A DNA stretch of 64,000 nt from an uncultured Desulfarculus sp. (GCA_963665125.2 CAXXUK010000002.1:832001-896000); one strand, 5' to 3'. Numbered from the stretch's first letter, positions 26,399 through 39,362 are shown. A program made the numbers and translations. Notes: a model not told the origin generated them from the letters alone.

Positions 26399-28606
26399 AT
26401 GGCCGCCGACAGCAGACGAAAAGAACGGCAACTCAACCAACGCCTCTGGGCCGCCGCGGCCCTACGCCTGATCCTGCCGTCGGTATTGGCCATTGTCATC
26501 TTTCTGCTGGCCATCTTCATGATCATCCTGCCGGACCTCAAGGAAAACATCATGGCCCGCAAGCGGGAGATGATCCGCGAACTGGTCCAGACCAACCTGG
26601 ACAACATGGCCTTTTTGGAGGCCCGCAGGCGGCGCGGTGAGATTAGCCTGGAACAAGCCCAGGAGCTGACGATTCGCCAGACGCGCCAGGAGCGCTACGG
26701 CCGGGAAATGAAAGACTATTTCTGGATCAACGACATGCACCCGCGCATGATCATGCACCCCTACCGCACCGATCTGGAAGGCAAGGACATCTCAGATTTC
26801 GCCGATCCCAACGGCAAGCATCTGTTCAGCGAGTTCGTGAAAGTGGCCCGGCAAAATGGCGAGGGCTTCGTGGACTACATGTGGCAGTGGAAGGACGACC
26901 CCCACAAGATCGTGCCCAAGCTGTCGTTCATCAAGGAGTTCAAGCCCTGGGGCTGGATCGTGGGCACGGGCATATACCTTGATGATGTGGACGCCGAGAT
27001 GGACAAGATGGTGCGCCATTTCACCCTGGCGGCCCTGGGCACCATGGGCGTGATCATTTTGATGTTTCTGTACATCGCCCAGCACAATTTCCGGACCGAG
27101 CGCCGCCGGCTGCTGGCCGAACGCCAGTTGGAACGCTCGCGCAAAATGCTCAGGCTGGTGATGGACTCCATCCCCCAATACATTTATTGGCGCGACACCG
27201 ACGGCGTGTTCCAGGGCTGCAACATGAAGTTCGCCCAATTGGCCGGCCTGAGCGACCCCGAGGAAGTTGTGGGCAAACAGCGTGTGGAGGCGCCGGGGGT
27301 CATAGAGGCCGAGGGCCGCGAGTTGATCAAGGAGCAGGAGGTGATGGACTCGGGCCTAAGCCAGATGCAGATCGTCGCCCCCAGGGAGGGCCCGGGCAGC
27401 GCCCGGCGCTGGGTGGAGTCCAACCGCATACCCCTGCGCGACGAAGAAGGTCGGGTCATGGGCGTGTTGTGCACCCACGAGGACATTACCAAGCTCATAG
27501 AAATCAGCCACAAGCTGGACGAAAGCGAACTGCGTTTCCGCACCCTGGTGGAATACCTGCCCGTGGGCATCATGATCCTCAAGGACGGCAGGGTGGTCTA
27601 TTCCAATCCCGAGCAGAAGCGTCTGTTCGGCGTGGAGCGCGACGACTTCTACTTTGACGAATTGGTGAACACTCCGCCCGGCGACTTGCAAAAACTTTAC
27701 GAACTGGACGACCAGCCGCAACTGCAAAACGGTCGGATCTGGGAAAACGAGCTGCGCTTCTATCCCTGGGGCAAGGTCTACAACTCCATGGAAATGCGCT
27801 GGGTGTTGTGCCGGGCCACGGGCATCAACTACCGCGGCGGACCGGGATTTCTGGTGACCATGCTCGACATCGGCCGGGCCAGGGAACTGGAGTACATGGT
27901 CAAGGTCCAGGACAAGATGGCCAGCCTGGGCCGGGTGGCCGCCGGTATCGCCCACGAGATCCGCAACCCGTTGTCCGGCGTGAACATGTACCTCAGCGCT
28001 CTCAAGGAAAGCCCGGTGGCGGCGGATGAAAATGCCGCATCGGTTATCGAAAAGATCCGGGCCGCCAGCGGGCGCATCGAGGCGGTGGTCAAGCGGGTGC
28101 TGGATTTCTCGCGCCCCACCAAGCCCAGCCTGGCCTGGATGCAGCTCAACCGGGCTCTGGAAAACGTGCTGGAGCTTTCTTCGGTCACCCTGCGCAAGGA
28201 AGGCATGACCCTGGAGACGGAATTTTCCGAAAGGCTGCCCCTGATCTACGCCGACCAACAGCTGTTGGAACAGGTTTTCTTGAACTTGGTGACCAACGCC
28301 ATGCAGGCCATGCGCGAATGGGACGGACCCAAGAGACTGCGTATCGAGACAGGCCTGAGCGCTGACAGGATCGTGGTGCAGGTCTCGGATTCCGGGCCCG
28401 GCGTGCCGCCGGAGATCCGCGACCGCATCTTTGATCCGTTCTTTACGGGCACCGGCCAGGGCTCGGGCATCGGCCTGAGCCTCAGCCGCCGGATCATCAG
28501 CGATTTGGGCGGTTCGCTGGCCCACGATGAAAGCCGCTGGGGCGGAGCCCTGTTCACCGTGAGACTTCCCGCCGTGACTTATTGGGGCTATGATAGCCAC
28601 GGATAG
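26399..28606 (+). CDS. Sensor histidine kinase with single Cache (sCache_2-type) and PAS domains
   Basis: RYG..YFWIND..MIMHP..WGWIVGTGIYLDD; AHEIRNPL H-box; NLVTNA, DSGPG and GSGIGL. Confidence 0.9.
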   Translation: MAADSRRKERQLNQRLWAAAALRLILPSVLAIVIFLLAIFMIILPDLKENIMARKREMIRELVQTNLDNMAFLEARRRRGEISLEQAQELTIRQTRQERYGREMKDYFWINDMHPRMIMHPYRTDLEGKDISDFADPNGKHLFSEFVKVARQNGEGFVDYMWQWKDDPHKIVPKLSFIKEFKPWGWIVGTGIYLDDVDAEMDKMVRHFTLAALGTMGVIILMFLYIAQHNFRTERRRLLAERQLERSRKMLRLVMDSIPQYIYWRDTDGVFQGCNMKFAQLAGLSDPEEVVGKQRVEAPGVIEAEGRELIKEQEVMDSGLSQMQIVAPREGPGSARRWVESNRIPLRDEEGRVMGVLCTHEDITKLIEISHKLDESELRFRTLVEYLPVGIMILKDGRVVYSNPEQKRLFGVERDDFYFDELVNTPPGDLQKLYELDDQPQLQNGRIWENELRFYPWGKVYNSMEMRWVLCRATGINYRGGPGFLVTMLDIGRARELEYMVKVQDKMASLGRVAAGIAHEIRNPLSGVNMYLSALKESPVAADENAASVIEKIRAASGRIEAVVKRVLDFSRPTKPSLAWMQLNRALENVLELSSVTLRKEGMTLETEFSERLPLIYADQQLLEQVFLNLVTNAMQAMREWDGPKRLRIETGLSADRIVVQVSDSGPGVPPEIRDRIFDPFFTGTGQGSGIGLSLSRRIISDLGGSLAHDESRWGGALFTVRLPAVTYWGYDSHG

Positions 28607-28619
28607 TTGGAGAGCATAG

Positions 28620-29987
28620 ATGATCTCATTTTCGCTATTTGTGGTGGACGACGAAGAATTCATCCGCGACGCCGCCCTGATGAACCTGGGCCAGTATGAC
28701 GTCAAGGCCTTTGCCACGGCAGAGGACGCCATTGCCGCGGCCAAAGAACATGCCCCGGACCTGGTGCTGTTGGACGTGGGCCTGCCGGGCATGAGCGGCG
28801 TCGACGCCCTGGCCGAGATGCGCGCCATCTGCCCGGAGACTCTGTTCATCATGATCACGGCCTACGAGGACGTCGACACCGTGGTCAAGGCCATGAAGCG
28901 CGGGGCTTATGATTATGTGGTCAAGCCCCTGCACATGGATTCGCTGAAAAACAACATCGCCAATGCCTTGGAGTCGGTGCGCCTGCGCAAGCAGGTCCGG
29001 CTGTTGCACCAGCGCTATCTCGAGGAAAACCTGCCCTGTTTTATCGGCGAGTCCAAGCAGATCCAGACGGTGATGGACTTCGTGGGCAAGGTGGCGGCCG
29101 CCGGCGACGCGCCGGTGCTGATTCGGGGCGAGACCGGCACGGGCAAGGAGCTGATCGCCGGGGCGATCCATTTCAAGAGCCCGAATTTCCGGGGCAACCT
29201 GGTCACGGTCAACTGCGCGGCCATCCCCAGGGAACTCATTGAGAGCGAGTTGTTTGGCTATGAATCCGGGGCCTTCAGCGGGGCCAAGAGCGGCGGCAAA
29301 CGGGGCCTTGTCGAGGGGGCCGACCACGGCACCTTGTTCTTGGACGAGGTGGGCGACCTGGGGCTCGAGGCCCAGGCCAAGCTGCTGCGTTTCCTGGATT
29401 CGGGCGAGTTCTTCAAGGTGGGCGGCACCAAACCCATCAAGGTCAAGACCAGGGTCGTTTCGGCCACCAACCGCGACCTGGAGGCCATGATCGACTCCGG
29501 CGAGTTTCGCCAGGACCTGTTTTACCGCCTGGCCGTGGTGCGGGTGGACGTGCCGTCCCTGGAGAAGCGGCCCGAGGACATCCTGCCCATAGCCAGCCAT
29601 TTTCTGGTGGAGCTTGCCGACAAGTATTTAAAAAGATTCACCGGCATCAGCCCCCGGGCGGCCGCCCTGCTCACGTCCCGCAAGTGGCCGGGCAATGTGC
29701 GCGAATTGCGGGGGCTTATCGAACGGGGGGTGATCAGCGGCGACGGGCCCCTGCTGGAACCCGCCGATATGGGGCTGGCCGTAAAAAGCGGCTCCGGCGG
29801 CCTCGACGGCCTGCCCGCCCTGGGGCCCGATGGCCTGGACCTGGCCTCGGTTTTGGAGGACGTGGAGCGGCGCTATATCGAACTGGCCTCCCAACTCGGC
29901 GGCGGCAACGACACCAAGGCCGCCGAACTGCTGGGCCTCAACTATCACACCTTTCGCTACCGCAAAAAGAAGCTCCTGGGTCAGTAG
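28620..29987 (+). CDS. Sigma54-dependent response regulator (NtrC family)
   Basis: REC domain (VVDDE, LLDV); GETGTGKE, ESELFG..GAFSGA, LFLDE and WPGNVREL; Fis-type HTH. Confidence 0.92.
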   Translation: MISFSLFVVDDEEFIRDAALMNLGQYDVKAFATAEDAIAAAKEHAPDLVLLDVGLPGMSGVDALAEMRAICPETLFIMITAYEDVDTVVKAMKRGAYDYVVKPLHMDSLKNNIANALESVRLRKQVRLLHQRYLEENLPCFIGESKQIQTVMDFVGKVAAAGDAPVLIRGETGTGKELIAGAIHFKSPNFRGNLVTVNCAAIPRELIESELFGYESGAFSGAKSGGKRGLVEGADHGTLFLDEVGDLGLEAQAKLLRFLDSGEFFKVGGTKPIKVKTRVVSATNRDLEAMIDSGEFRQDLFYRLAVVRVDVPSLEKRPEDILPIASHFLVELADKYLKRFTGISPRAAALLTSRKWPGNVRELRGLIERGVISGDGPLLEPADMGLAVKSGSGGLDGLPALGPDGLDLASVLEDVERRYIELASQLGGGNDTKAAELLGLNYHTFRYRKKKLLGQ

Positions 29988-30017
29988 GGGCAAATAGAAG
30001 AAATTCAAAACGCCATG

Positions 30018-30049
30018 CCGGAAAAATAGAAGATTTTCTATTTTTCCGG
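30018..30049. promoter_or_regulatory. 14-bp perfect inverted repeat, candidate enhancer (UAS) for the adjacent activator, or a terminator
   Basis: CCGGAAAAATAGAA-gatt-TTCTATTTTTCCGG, about 90-120 bp upstream of a sigma54 promoter. Confidence 0.5.
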
Positions 30050-30136
30050 TTTTTTGCGTCTTTTTATACAATGCTTCGTCTTTACTGTAACGTGTAACGC
30101 ATTGTAATAAAAACGATATTCCCTATCACACCGTTC

Positions 30137-30152
30137 TGGCACGGTTGCTGCT
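30137..30152 (+). promoter_or_regulatory. Sigma54 (-24/-12) promoter
   Basis: TGGCACGGTTGCTGCT with exact GG-N10-GC spacing, upstream of the MFS gene and downstream of an NtrC-type gene. Confidence 0.8.
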
Positions 30153-30207
30153 CATAGTAATGGACAAAGAAACATTTCCGGCAATTAAACCAGGAGAGGA
30201 TGGGGTT

Positions 30208-31491
30208 ATGAGCCAGATCAAGAACAAGGGATGGCAGGTCACCTCAGCCGGGTTGGGCATCAACCTGGCCTTGGGTATTTTATACACCTGGAGCGTCTTC
30301 AAGCTGGCCATCAAGGAATCCATTACCAGGGGCGACGGGGTCTTTACCTGGGACCTTGCGTCGCTCAACGACCCATACGCGGTCTGCTGTATCGTTTTTG
30401 CCTTTGCCATGATTCCGGCAGGGCGCATGCAGGATAAGCTGGGACCCAAGACCACGGCGACCATCGGCGGTATCCTGACCGGCCTGGGTCTGCTGTTGGC
30501 ATCTTTCAGCACTTCGCTGCTGGTTTGGGTGCTGGGTTTCGGCGTGCTCACCGGCCTGGGCCTGGGCTTCGGCTATGCCTCGGCCACGCCTCCGGCCATC
30601 AAGTGGTTCCCTGCCTCCAAGACGGGCATGATCGCCGGTTTGGTGGTTGCCGGTTTCGGTCTGGCCTCGGTGTACATCGCGCCGCTGGCCAAGTTCCTCA
30701 TCGGCCAATTCGGCCTGAGCAGTTCCATGATGATCTTCGGCGGGGCCTTCCTGGTGGTGGTCTGCCTGTTGTCCCAGTTTTTGGTCAACCCGCCCGAGGG
30801 CTTCAAGCCGGCTGAAACAGCCACCAACGGCGCCAAGTCCCCGGCGGCCAAGCCCATGGTGGACGTCGAATACAAGACCATGCTGCGCACCCGCAGCTTC
30901 TGGGTGCTGTGGTTTATCTATATGGTTGGCTCCGGCGCCGGACTGATGATCATCGGCAACGTGGCGGGCATGGCCAAGGCCAGCCTGGGCGAGATGGCCT
31001 GGGTCGTGGTGGCCCTGATGGCCGTGGGCAACGCCGGCGGCCGCATCGCCGCGGGCATGGTCTCCGACAAGCTGGGCCGCACCCAGACCATGGCCATCAT
31101 GCTCACCTTCCAGGCCGTGATCATGTTCAGCCTGCTCTATATCAGCGGCTCCAGCGCGGTGTTGATCGTCACAGCGGCCACGCTGATCGGCTTCAACTAC
31201 GGCACCAACCTGTCGCTGTTCCCCTCGGCCTGCAAGGACTTCTTCGGCCTCAAGAACTTCGGCATGAACTACGGCCTGCTGTTCACGGCCTGGGGCGTGG
31301 GCGGCTTCATCCTGCCCAGGGTCTCCCAGATGATCGTGGCCCAGACCGGCACCTTCAGCGCGGCCTACATCATGGCGGCCATCCTGCTGCTGGTCGGCGC
31401 CGGACTCACGGCTGTGGTCGGCAGCCCGGCCAAGGAAACCCCGGAAGTGCGCATCGCCCAGCCCACCGGCGCTCCCGGCGGCGGCGCCTAA
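30208..31491 (+). CDS. MFS transporter, oxalate:formate antiporter (OFA) family
   Basis: LGILYTWSVF, GRMQDKLGP, AIKWFP..GFG and FGLKNFGMNYG motifs; AGGAGAGG RBS. Confidence 0.88.
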   Translation: MSQIKNKGWQVTSAGLGINLALGILYTWSVFKLAIKESITRGDGVFTWDLASLNDPYAVCCIVFAFAMIPAGRMQDKLGPKTTATIGGILTGLGLLLASFSTSLLVWVLGFGVLTGLGLGFGYASATPPAIKWFPASKTGMIAGLVVAGFGLASVYIAPLAKFLIGQFGLSSSMMIFGGAFLVVVCLLSQFLVNPPEGFKPAETATNGAKSPAAKPMVDVEYKTMLRTRSFWVLWFIYMVGSGAGLMIIGNVAGMAKASLGEMAWVVVALMAVGNAGGRIAAGMVSDKLGRTQTMAIMLTFQAVIMFSLLYISGSSAVLIVTAATLIGFNYGTNLSLFPSACKDFFGLKNFGMNYGLLFTAWGVGGFILPRVSQMIVAQTGTFSAAYIMAAILLLVGAGLTAVVGSPAKETPEVRIAQPTGAPGGGA

Positions 31492-31552
31492 TTGAACGGA
31501 TTGAACCAAACGGTTATTTGATAGCTGATAAGCATAGATGAAAGGAGTGGGG

Positions 31553-33553
<2,001 letters not shown>

Positions 33554-33578
33554 CCAACCGCCGCATTGATCAACAAAA

Positions 33579-33610
33579 CAGGCCGCACCGGTTTTCCGGT
33601 GCGGCCTTTA
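33579..33610. terminator. Bidirectional Rho-independent terminator
   Basis: AGGCCGCACCGG-tttt-CCGGTGCGGCCT between convergent genes. Confidence 0.7.
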
Positions 33611-33627
33611 TATTTGGCGCAGTACCG

Positions 33628-34068
33628 TTATTTACAGTATTTGATGGAATCGGCGCCGGTGTAGTTTTCGAACATGGGCTCCGAACTGAAGTCGGTGATG
33701 CCGATTTTGAAGCTGACGTGGTCCAATAGGATTTCCGTAGCGTGGCGGGTGCCCGAGACATCCATTTGCAGGTCCATGCTGGCCTGTCCCAAGGTGCCCG
33801 AGCCCTTGACAAGGTAGGTGCCCCGTTCGCCCTTGCTCATGGTGTTGCCGTAGCCGGTGACTTTGAAGATGCGTTTGGGCTTTTTACCCACCGGGTAAAC
33901 TGTCACCGTGCCCGACAGGTTGCCTTCCAGCGTGTTCAGGGAAACCCTGATCTCCGGGCCCTTGGTTGGCGTAAGGACCAGGCAGGTGGTTTTGGCCCAG
34001 GCAGAGGATGCGAAAAAGGCAACCAACAGCATGGCTGCGATCAGGTAGGTAAAGGATTTCATCTTCAT
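33628..34068 (-). CDS. Hypothetical exported protein
   Basis: Signal peptide ending in AWA; GAGG RBS; beta-rich sequence. Confidence 0.6.
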   Translation of the reverse strand: MKMKSFTYLIAAMLLVAFFASSAWAKTTCLVLTPTKGPEIRVSLNTLEGNLSGTVTVYPVGKKPKRIFKVTGYGNTMSKGERGTYLVKGSGTLGQASMDLQMDVSGTRHATEILLDHVSFKIGITDFSSEPMFENYTGADSIKYCK

Positions 34069-34109
34069 TAGCTGTTCCTCAACGTGGCTTGGCTTGCGTC
34101 AGGGTAGCG

Positions 34110-34502
34110 CTATCCTCTGTGGCAAACGGCCTCAATTTCCACCTTACCGCCCCTGGGCAGGGCCGCAACCTGGATACAGGCCCTGGCCGGGAGGTTGTCC
34201 ATGCCTTCGAACTTGGCGGCGTATATGTCATTGACCGTGGCAAAATCGTTCATGTCGGTCAGATAGATGGTGGCCTTGGCCAGGCTTTGCAAATCCAACC
34301 CCGCAGCCCTGACGATGGCTTCGATATTGGCCATGGCTTGTTTGGCCTGGCCGGATGCGTCGTCGGAGGCCATTTCTCCGGTTTCGGGCAACAAGCCAAG
34401 CTGGCCGGATATGAAAAGCAGGTCGCCGGCCCAACGGGCCTGGGCATAGGGGCCTAGGGCGGCGGGGGCGTCAGGGGCGTTGATGGTTATGTCTGAGTAC
34501 AT
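34110..34502 (-). CDS. ridA: RidA/YjgF family enamine/imine deaminase
   Basis: APAALGPYAQA, ISGQL and PARACIQVAALP..VEIEA. Confidence 0.88.
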   Translation of the reverse strand: MYSDITINAPDAPAALGPYAQARWAGDLLFISGQLGLLPETGEMASDDASGQAKQAMANIEAIVRAAGLDLQSLAKATIYLTDMNDFATVNDIYAAKFEGMDNLPARACIQVAALPRGGKVEIEAVCHRG

Positions 34503-34956
34503 GCGGTCTCCTTGTGGGGCTGGTGCCAACGGATTTATGCGCAGTCCAAGGCTATTGCTCGACATAATCAATCATGCCGGATCGGAAGGCCCTGCTAAAT
34601 TTTGAGCCATTTAAACCAGGTGGACTGAGCCGTTAGGTAGAGTTAACTTTTTACCACATACTTAAAGAAAAAGCCAGGAGGCCGCCCGCAAGGCCTGGGC
34701 TCACTGCTCCAAGACCGCCGCCAAATCCCAACTCCCCCGCTTTTTTATCAATATCCTCGGCGTGGCGGCGAATTTATCCCGCGTTGCGACCTGGCTGATG
34801 ACGCCAAGGAGTCCGCAGTGCAGATAGCCGGCCTTTTAAAATATCCAATTCCACACTCTTTTTATGTAATATCCTGAGAAGTGATTACGTCAACTACGTC
34901 AAGGCAGCGTGGTTTAAACGGAAAATCATTTGTCGCCATTTTTGGGGAGGCCGGAA

Positions 34957-35571
34957 ATGAAAAGACTGGGTCTTTTAATTTTTACCGTTCTGGCGTTTGC
35001 GGCGCTGTTGGCCTATGGCTCCGGGGCTTACGCCCAGGAAATCAAGTATGACGTTAAAAAGCCGGGAATACTTCCGCTGGGCGCGGACCAAAAGTGCTTG
35101 TCCGGCTTTACCATGGTTGGTAAGGCCAAGGTAAAGCATTGCGCCAAATGCCCCGGCGACTATCGTGTGGTGACCACCGCAAAGGGCGATATCATTTGCC
35201 TGAGAGAAAAGATGCATCCCCACATGCGAGTGCCGGATGGTTATCAGCCTGAGTTCAAAAAACCCGGATCAGGCAACAAGTGCAACGAAAATCAGCAACT
35301 TATAGATTTGTATGGGCATAAGCACTGCATCAGGTGCAAGGATAATTACAAATACCACCCATATTACGGACAAGGTCGCTGCCTCAAGTGTAATGACAAT
35401 GAAACCCTGGCCGAGATCAGCGAAAAGATCATGTGCCATTCGTGCCCGGGCAATTCGCAGCTTGTCAATGCGCACACTGGCTTTGGTCTGTTCTGCGTTT
35501 GCCGCGGCGGCAAGCTATTTGGCCGGGGACCCAACGGATACGGCTGCTACGATCCTCCCGCAAAGCCCTAA
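34957..35571 (+). CDS. Cysteine-rich exported protein with CxxC repeats
   Basis: Signal peptide MKRLGLL..AYA; 14 Cys; GGAGG RBS. Confidence 0.65.
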   Translation: MKRLGLLIFTVLAFAALLAYGSGAYAQEIKYDVKKPGILPLGADQKCLSGFTMVGKAKVKHCAKCPGDYRVVTTAKGDIICLREKMHPHMRVPDGYQPEFKKPGSGNKCNENQQLIDLYGHKHCIRCKDNYKYHPYYGQGRCLKCNDNETLAEISEKIMCHSCPGNSQLVNAHTGFGLFCVCRGGKLFGRGPNGYGCYDPPAKP

Positions 35572-35619
35572 TGGCGACAAGGGGCCTGGACAACGGCGTC
35601 CAGGCCCTCGGATATCCAA

Positions 35620-35694
35620 TGGAGCCGGCGGTAGGAATTGAACCAACGACCTGCTGATTACGAATCAGCTGCTCTACCCCTGAGCTACGCCGGC
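35620..35694 (-). tRNA. tRNA-Thr (CGT)
   Basis: GCCGGCGTAGCTCAGGGGTAGAGCAGCTGATT-CGT-AATCAGCAGGTCGTTGGTTCAATTCCTACCGCCGGCTCCA cloverleaf with encoded CCA; upstream TTGACC-N17-TATATG at 35711-35739; downstream hairpin at 35581-35609. Confidence 0.95.
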
Positions 35695-35923
35695 GAAATG
35701 CTGAAAATCTCATATACACTGTCAAGTTAGACTGGTCAAGGCGGATTTTGAAAGTGGGTAAAACTGGCCGAAATTGGCTAAAATAATCCTCCCTGGGTGT
35801 GGTATCGAATACCAGCATCTACTTGCATCAACATAGGTCAACCCGTCCTTGCTCCCGGCACGGCAATTCCTTACAATTGTAACTATATGTCCCGCCAATT
35901 GTTTTCACGAAAGGACACGCCCC

Positions 35924-36334
35924 ATGAGCCCCACGACCTTGATGCTGGTGTCGATTGTCGCCCTCTGCGCGGCTTTGGCCATGTGCGCCTTCACGGTAAT
36001 GGCCTGGTTTCGCTCCAAGACGGTTGTGGAACACGCCACGGCCCTGGTCAAGCTGGCCGATGACAAGAGTAAAAACGCCGTGGAAATTTACAACCAGGCT
36101 GCGGTAAGGATCAAGGTGGTGCAGGAAATAGTGTCCATGCCTGCTCTGCAAATGGCGGTGCAACAGGCGGCCACGGACAATTTCGAGGCGGCGGCTGAAC
36201 TACAGGCGGCTATCCAGCAGCTACAAAAACTGACAGCCAGCGCGGAGCCCGATAGACTTATGGAGATAGAGGCGAAGTATATTCTGCAATTCAAGGAGCT
36301 TATGAAGGCGCTGGGAGTGAAGCAGGAGAAGTAG
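35924..36334 (+). CDS. Hypothetical membrane-anchored coiled-coil protein
   Basis: N-terminal TM helix and heptad-rich remainder; AAGGA RBS. Confidence 0.55.
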   Translation: MSPTTLMLVSIVALCAALAMCAFTVMAWFRSKTVVEHATALVKLADDKSKNAVEIYNQAAVRIKVVQEIVSMPALQMAVQQAATDNFEAAAELQAAIQQLQKLTASAEPDRLMEIEAKYILQFKELMKALGVKQEK

Positions 36335-36461
36335 GGCGGGTAGAGCGCTTTGTGGGCCGGTTTGCGGGTTGTTGGCCGGATTTGGTTTAATCCAAGGTTT
36401 GAAATGCGTGCCCGGTTCATATAGAATTACCTCTTGCTGATTACCGAAATAAGGAGAAAAA

Positions 36462-37892
36462 ATGAACGCCGAGGCCGCATTGAAACAAGACGCAGCCCTA
36501 CCCTATAAAGTGGCTGATATCTCCTTGGCCGAGTTTGGCCGCAAAGAGATTGAAATAGCTGAAAAGGAAATGCCCGGCCTGATGGCCACCCGGGAGAAGT
36601 ACGGCCCGTTGAAGCCGCTCAAGGGCGCGCGCATCAGCGGCAGTCTGCATATGACCATCCAGACCGCCGTGCTCATCGAGACTTTGGTGGAGCTGGGCGC
36701 CGACGTGCGCTGGGCGTCGTGCAACATCTTTTCCACCCAGGATCACGCCGCCGCGGCCATAGCCGCCTCGGGCGTCCCGGTGTTCGCCTGGAAAGGCGAA
36801 ACTCTGGAGGAATATTGGTGGTGCACCAAGCAGGCCCTGACCTGGCCCGACGGCAGCGGCCCAAACCTTGTGGTCGATGACGGCGGCGACGCCACCCTAA
36901 TTATCCACAAGGGTTATTTCTGTGAGGAAGACCCGGCCCTGTTGGACGAGCCCACCGACGACAAAGAGCTCAAATGCGTAATGCAGTTGCTCAAGGATAT
37001 CTACGCTCAAGACCCCCAGCATTGGCACAAAGTCGTCAAGGATTGGAAAGGCGTAAGCGAAGAGACCACCACCGGCGTGCATCGTCTGTATCATATGGCC
37101 ACCGACGGCAAGCTGCTGGTCCCGGCCATCAATGTCAACGACTCGGTAACCAAGAGCAAGTTTGACAACATCTACGGCTGCCGCGAATCCCTGGTGGACG
37201 GCATCAAGCGGGCCACCGACGTGATGGTGGCCGGCAAGGTGGCCATGGTCTGCGGCTACGGCGACGTTGGCAAGGGCTGCGCCGACGCCCTCAGCGGTCA
37301 CAAGGCCCGGGTCATGGTTTCGGAGATCGACCCCATCTGCGCCCTGCAGGCCTACATGGCCGGCTACAAGGTCGTGACCATGGAAGACGCCTTGCCCCTG
37401 GCCGACATCTATGTGACCACCACCGGCAACTGTGATATCATCACCGCCGAGCACATGTCCAAGATGAAGGACCAGGCCATCGTCTGCAACATCGGCCACT
37501 TTGACAACGAGATTCAGGTCGATGCCCTCAACGCCTGGCCCGGCGTGCAGAAGATCAACATCAAGCCCCAGGTGGACAAATATCTCTTCGCGGACGGCCA
37601 CTGCATCTACATGCTGGCCGAGGGCCGCTTGGTCAACCTGGGCTGTGCCACGGGCCATCCCAGCTTTGTGATGAGCAACAGCTTCACCAACCAGACCCTG
37701 GCCCAGATGGATCTGTGGCAGAGCGACCACGAGATCGGCGTGTACACCCTGTCCAAGAAGCTGGACGAGGAAGTGGCAATGCTGCACTTGGGCAAGCTGG
37801 GCGCCAGGCTGACCAAGCTCAACCAGAAGCAGGCCGACTATATCGGTGTGTCCGTCGATGGCCCGTTCAAGCCGGATCATTATCGCTACTAA
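36462..37892 (+). CDS. ahcY: S-adenosyl-L-homocysteine hydrolase
   Basis: [32 protein letters not shown] and GHPSFVMS. Confidence 0.97.
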   Translation: MNAEAALKQDAALPYKVADISLAEFGRKEIEIAEKEMPGLMATREKYGPLKPLKGARISGSLHMTIQTAVLIETLVELGADVRWASCNIFSTQDHAAAAIAASGVPVFAWKGETLEEYWWCTKQALTWPDGSGPNLVVDDGGDATLIIHKGYFCEEDPALLDEPTDDKELKCVMQLLKDIYAQDPQHWHKVVKDWKGVSEETTTGVHRLYHMATDGKLLVPAINVNDSVTKSKFDNIYGCRESLVDGIKRATDVMVAGKVAMVCGYGDVGKGCADALSGHKARVMVSEIDPICALQAYMAGYKVVTMEDALPLADIYVTTTGNCDIITAEHMSKMKDQAIVCNIGHFDNEIQVDALNAWPGVQKINIKPQVDKYLFADGHCIYMLAEGRLVNLGCATGHPSFVMSNSFTNQTLAQMDLWQSDHEIGVYTLSKKLDEEVAMLHLGKLGARLTKLNQKQADYIGVSVDGPFKPDHYRY

Positions 37893-37914
37893 TCAGCGAT
37901 TCCAAGAAATTACA

Positions 37915-38000
37915 AGCGGCGGTGCGCTGATGGCACCGCCGCTTTTGTTTTAGACGTGGGGCGTAAAAAAAGCGGCAAGGCCATCAGCCCTGCCGCTTTG
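37915..38000. terminator. Two terminator hairpins between convergent ahcY and metK
   Basis: AAGCGGCGGTGC..GCACCGCCGCTTTT and AAAAAAGCGGCA..TGCCGCTTT. Confidence 0.65.
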
Positions 38001-38021
38001 TCGCGTTTTATGCGTTATGGC

Positions 38022-39188
38022 TTACTTGACGGCGTCCTTGAGGGCGTCGGCCATGTCCCGGCGCTCCCAGGTAAAGCCCTTGTCTTCCTCGCGGCCAAAG
38101 TGGCCATAGGCAGCCGTACGCTTGTACATGGGCTGCTTGAGCTCAAGCTTTTGGATCATCATGGCCGGGCGGAAGTCAAAGACCCTGCGCACGGCTTCAA
38201 CGATTTTATTGTTGTCCACTGCCTCGGTTCCGTAGGTGTTGACCAGCACGGAAACCGGCTGGGGCACGCCGATGGCATAGGCCACCTGGACCTCGCACTT
38301 GCGGGCCAGTCCGGCGGCGACCACGTTTTTGGCGACATAGCGGGCGAAGTAGCTGCCCGAGCGGTCTACCTTGGAGGGGTCCTTGCCCGAGAAACAACCG
38401 CCACCGTGGCTGCCCTGGCCGCCGTAGGTGTCAACGATGATCTTGCGGCCGGTCAGGCCGCAGTCGCCGTGGGGGCCGCCGACCACGAAACGGCCGGTGG
38501 TGTTGATGAACATCTTGGTGTCGCCGTCGATCATTTCAGCGGGAATGATCTTGCGGATGACGTCTTCGATAATGGCCTCGCGCAGACGTTCCTGCTTGAT
38601 GTCGGGGCTGTGCTGGGCCGCCACGACAATGGTGTCGACGCGCTTGGGCTGGTCGTTTTCATACTCAACGGTCACCTGGGTTTTGCCGTCGGGGCGCAGA
38701 AAACCCAAAGATCCGTTTTTCCGCACCTTGGCCAAACGTCTGGCCAGGTTGTGGGCATAGTGAATGGGCGCGGGCATCAGCTCGGGGGTTTCGTCGCAGG
38801 CATAACCGAACATAAGGCCCTGGTCGCCGGCGCCTTGCTCGCCGAACATGGCGGTGTCTTCGTCCACGCCCATGGCGATGTCGGGCGACTGCTTGTCCAG
38901 GCTGGTCATCACCGCGCAGGTTTCCCAGTCAAAGCCCATTGAGGAGTTGGAGTAGCCAATCTCCTTGATGGTTTCGCGGACGATTGAGGGGATGTCCACA
39001 TAAGTCAACGTGGTGACTTCACCGGCCACAATGGCCATACCCGTGGTGACCAGAGTTTCGCAGGCCACGCGGCTGTTGGGATCGTCGGTGAGCATGGCGT
39101 CGAGAATGGCGTCGCTGATCTGGTCTGCTACCTTGTCCGGATGGCCTTCTGTGACGGATTCGCTGGTGAAAAGGTAATTTGAACTCAT
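38022..39188 (-). CDS. metK: S-adenosylmethionine synthetase
   Basis: [26 protein letters not shown] and [10 protein letters not shown]. Confidence 0.97.
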   Translation of the reverse strand: MSSNYLFTSESVTEGHPDKVADQISDAILDAMLTDDPNSRVACETLVTTGMAIVAGEVTTLTYVDIPSIVRETIKEIGYSNSSMGFDWETCAVMTSLDKQSPDIAMGVDEDTAMFGEQGAGDQGLMFGYACDETPELMPAPIHYAHNLARRLAKVRKNGSLGFLRPDGKTQVTVEYENDQPKRVDTIVVAAQHSPDIKQERLREAIIEDVIRKIIPAEMIDGDTKMFINTTGRFVVGGPHGDCGLTGRKIIVDTYGGQGSHGGGCFSGKDPSKVDRSGSYFARYVAKNVVAAGLARKCEVQVAYAIGVPQPVSVLVNTYGTEAVDNNKIVEAVRRVFDFRPAMMIQKLELKQPMYKRTAAYGHFGREEDKGFTWERRDMADALKDAVK

Positions 39189-39333
39189 GGTTCAGCTCTC
39201 CTTATAAGTTACTCTGGCATGTTGCTTCCAGACAGCCTGCCAGATGGGCCGTGTACGGCCCGTCAATTGCACGATACCAAAAAATCAAGCAAAAATAGCT
39301 AGTTGTCAATATCGCACTTTCCCCAAATAACGA

Positions 39334-39362
39334 TCGAAAAAGTCCACGGCGGACTTTTTCGA
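39334..39362. repeat. 12-bp perfect inverted repeat (REP-like or terminator)
   Basis: TCGAAAAAGTCC-acggc-GGACTTTTTCGA; resembles the first hairpin of the 16135-16293 element. Confidence 0.5.

Noticed and set aside
34570..34930. Possible ncRNA or gene remnant in the ridA intergenic region
   Set aside because: Only weak GC pairings and a short start-less reading frame; no recognisable family
34957..35571. Multiheme cytochrome c
   Set aside because: None of the CxxC motifs is followed by His
33628..35694. tRNA-anchored genomic island or prophage
   Set aside because: No integrase and no duplicated tRNA 3' end; only a 9-bp ATATCCAAT match (34841 and 35612), which could be chance
39190..39330. 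SAM riboswitch or SahR site upstream of metK
   Set aside because: Small hairpins are present, but I could not find SAM-I/II core sequences or a convincing palindrome; a cmsearch would be needed
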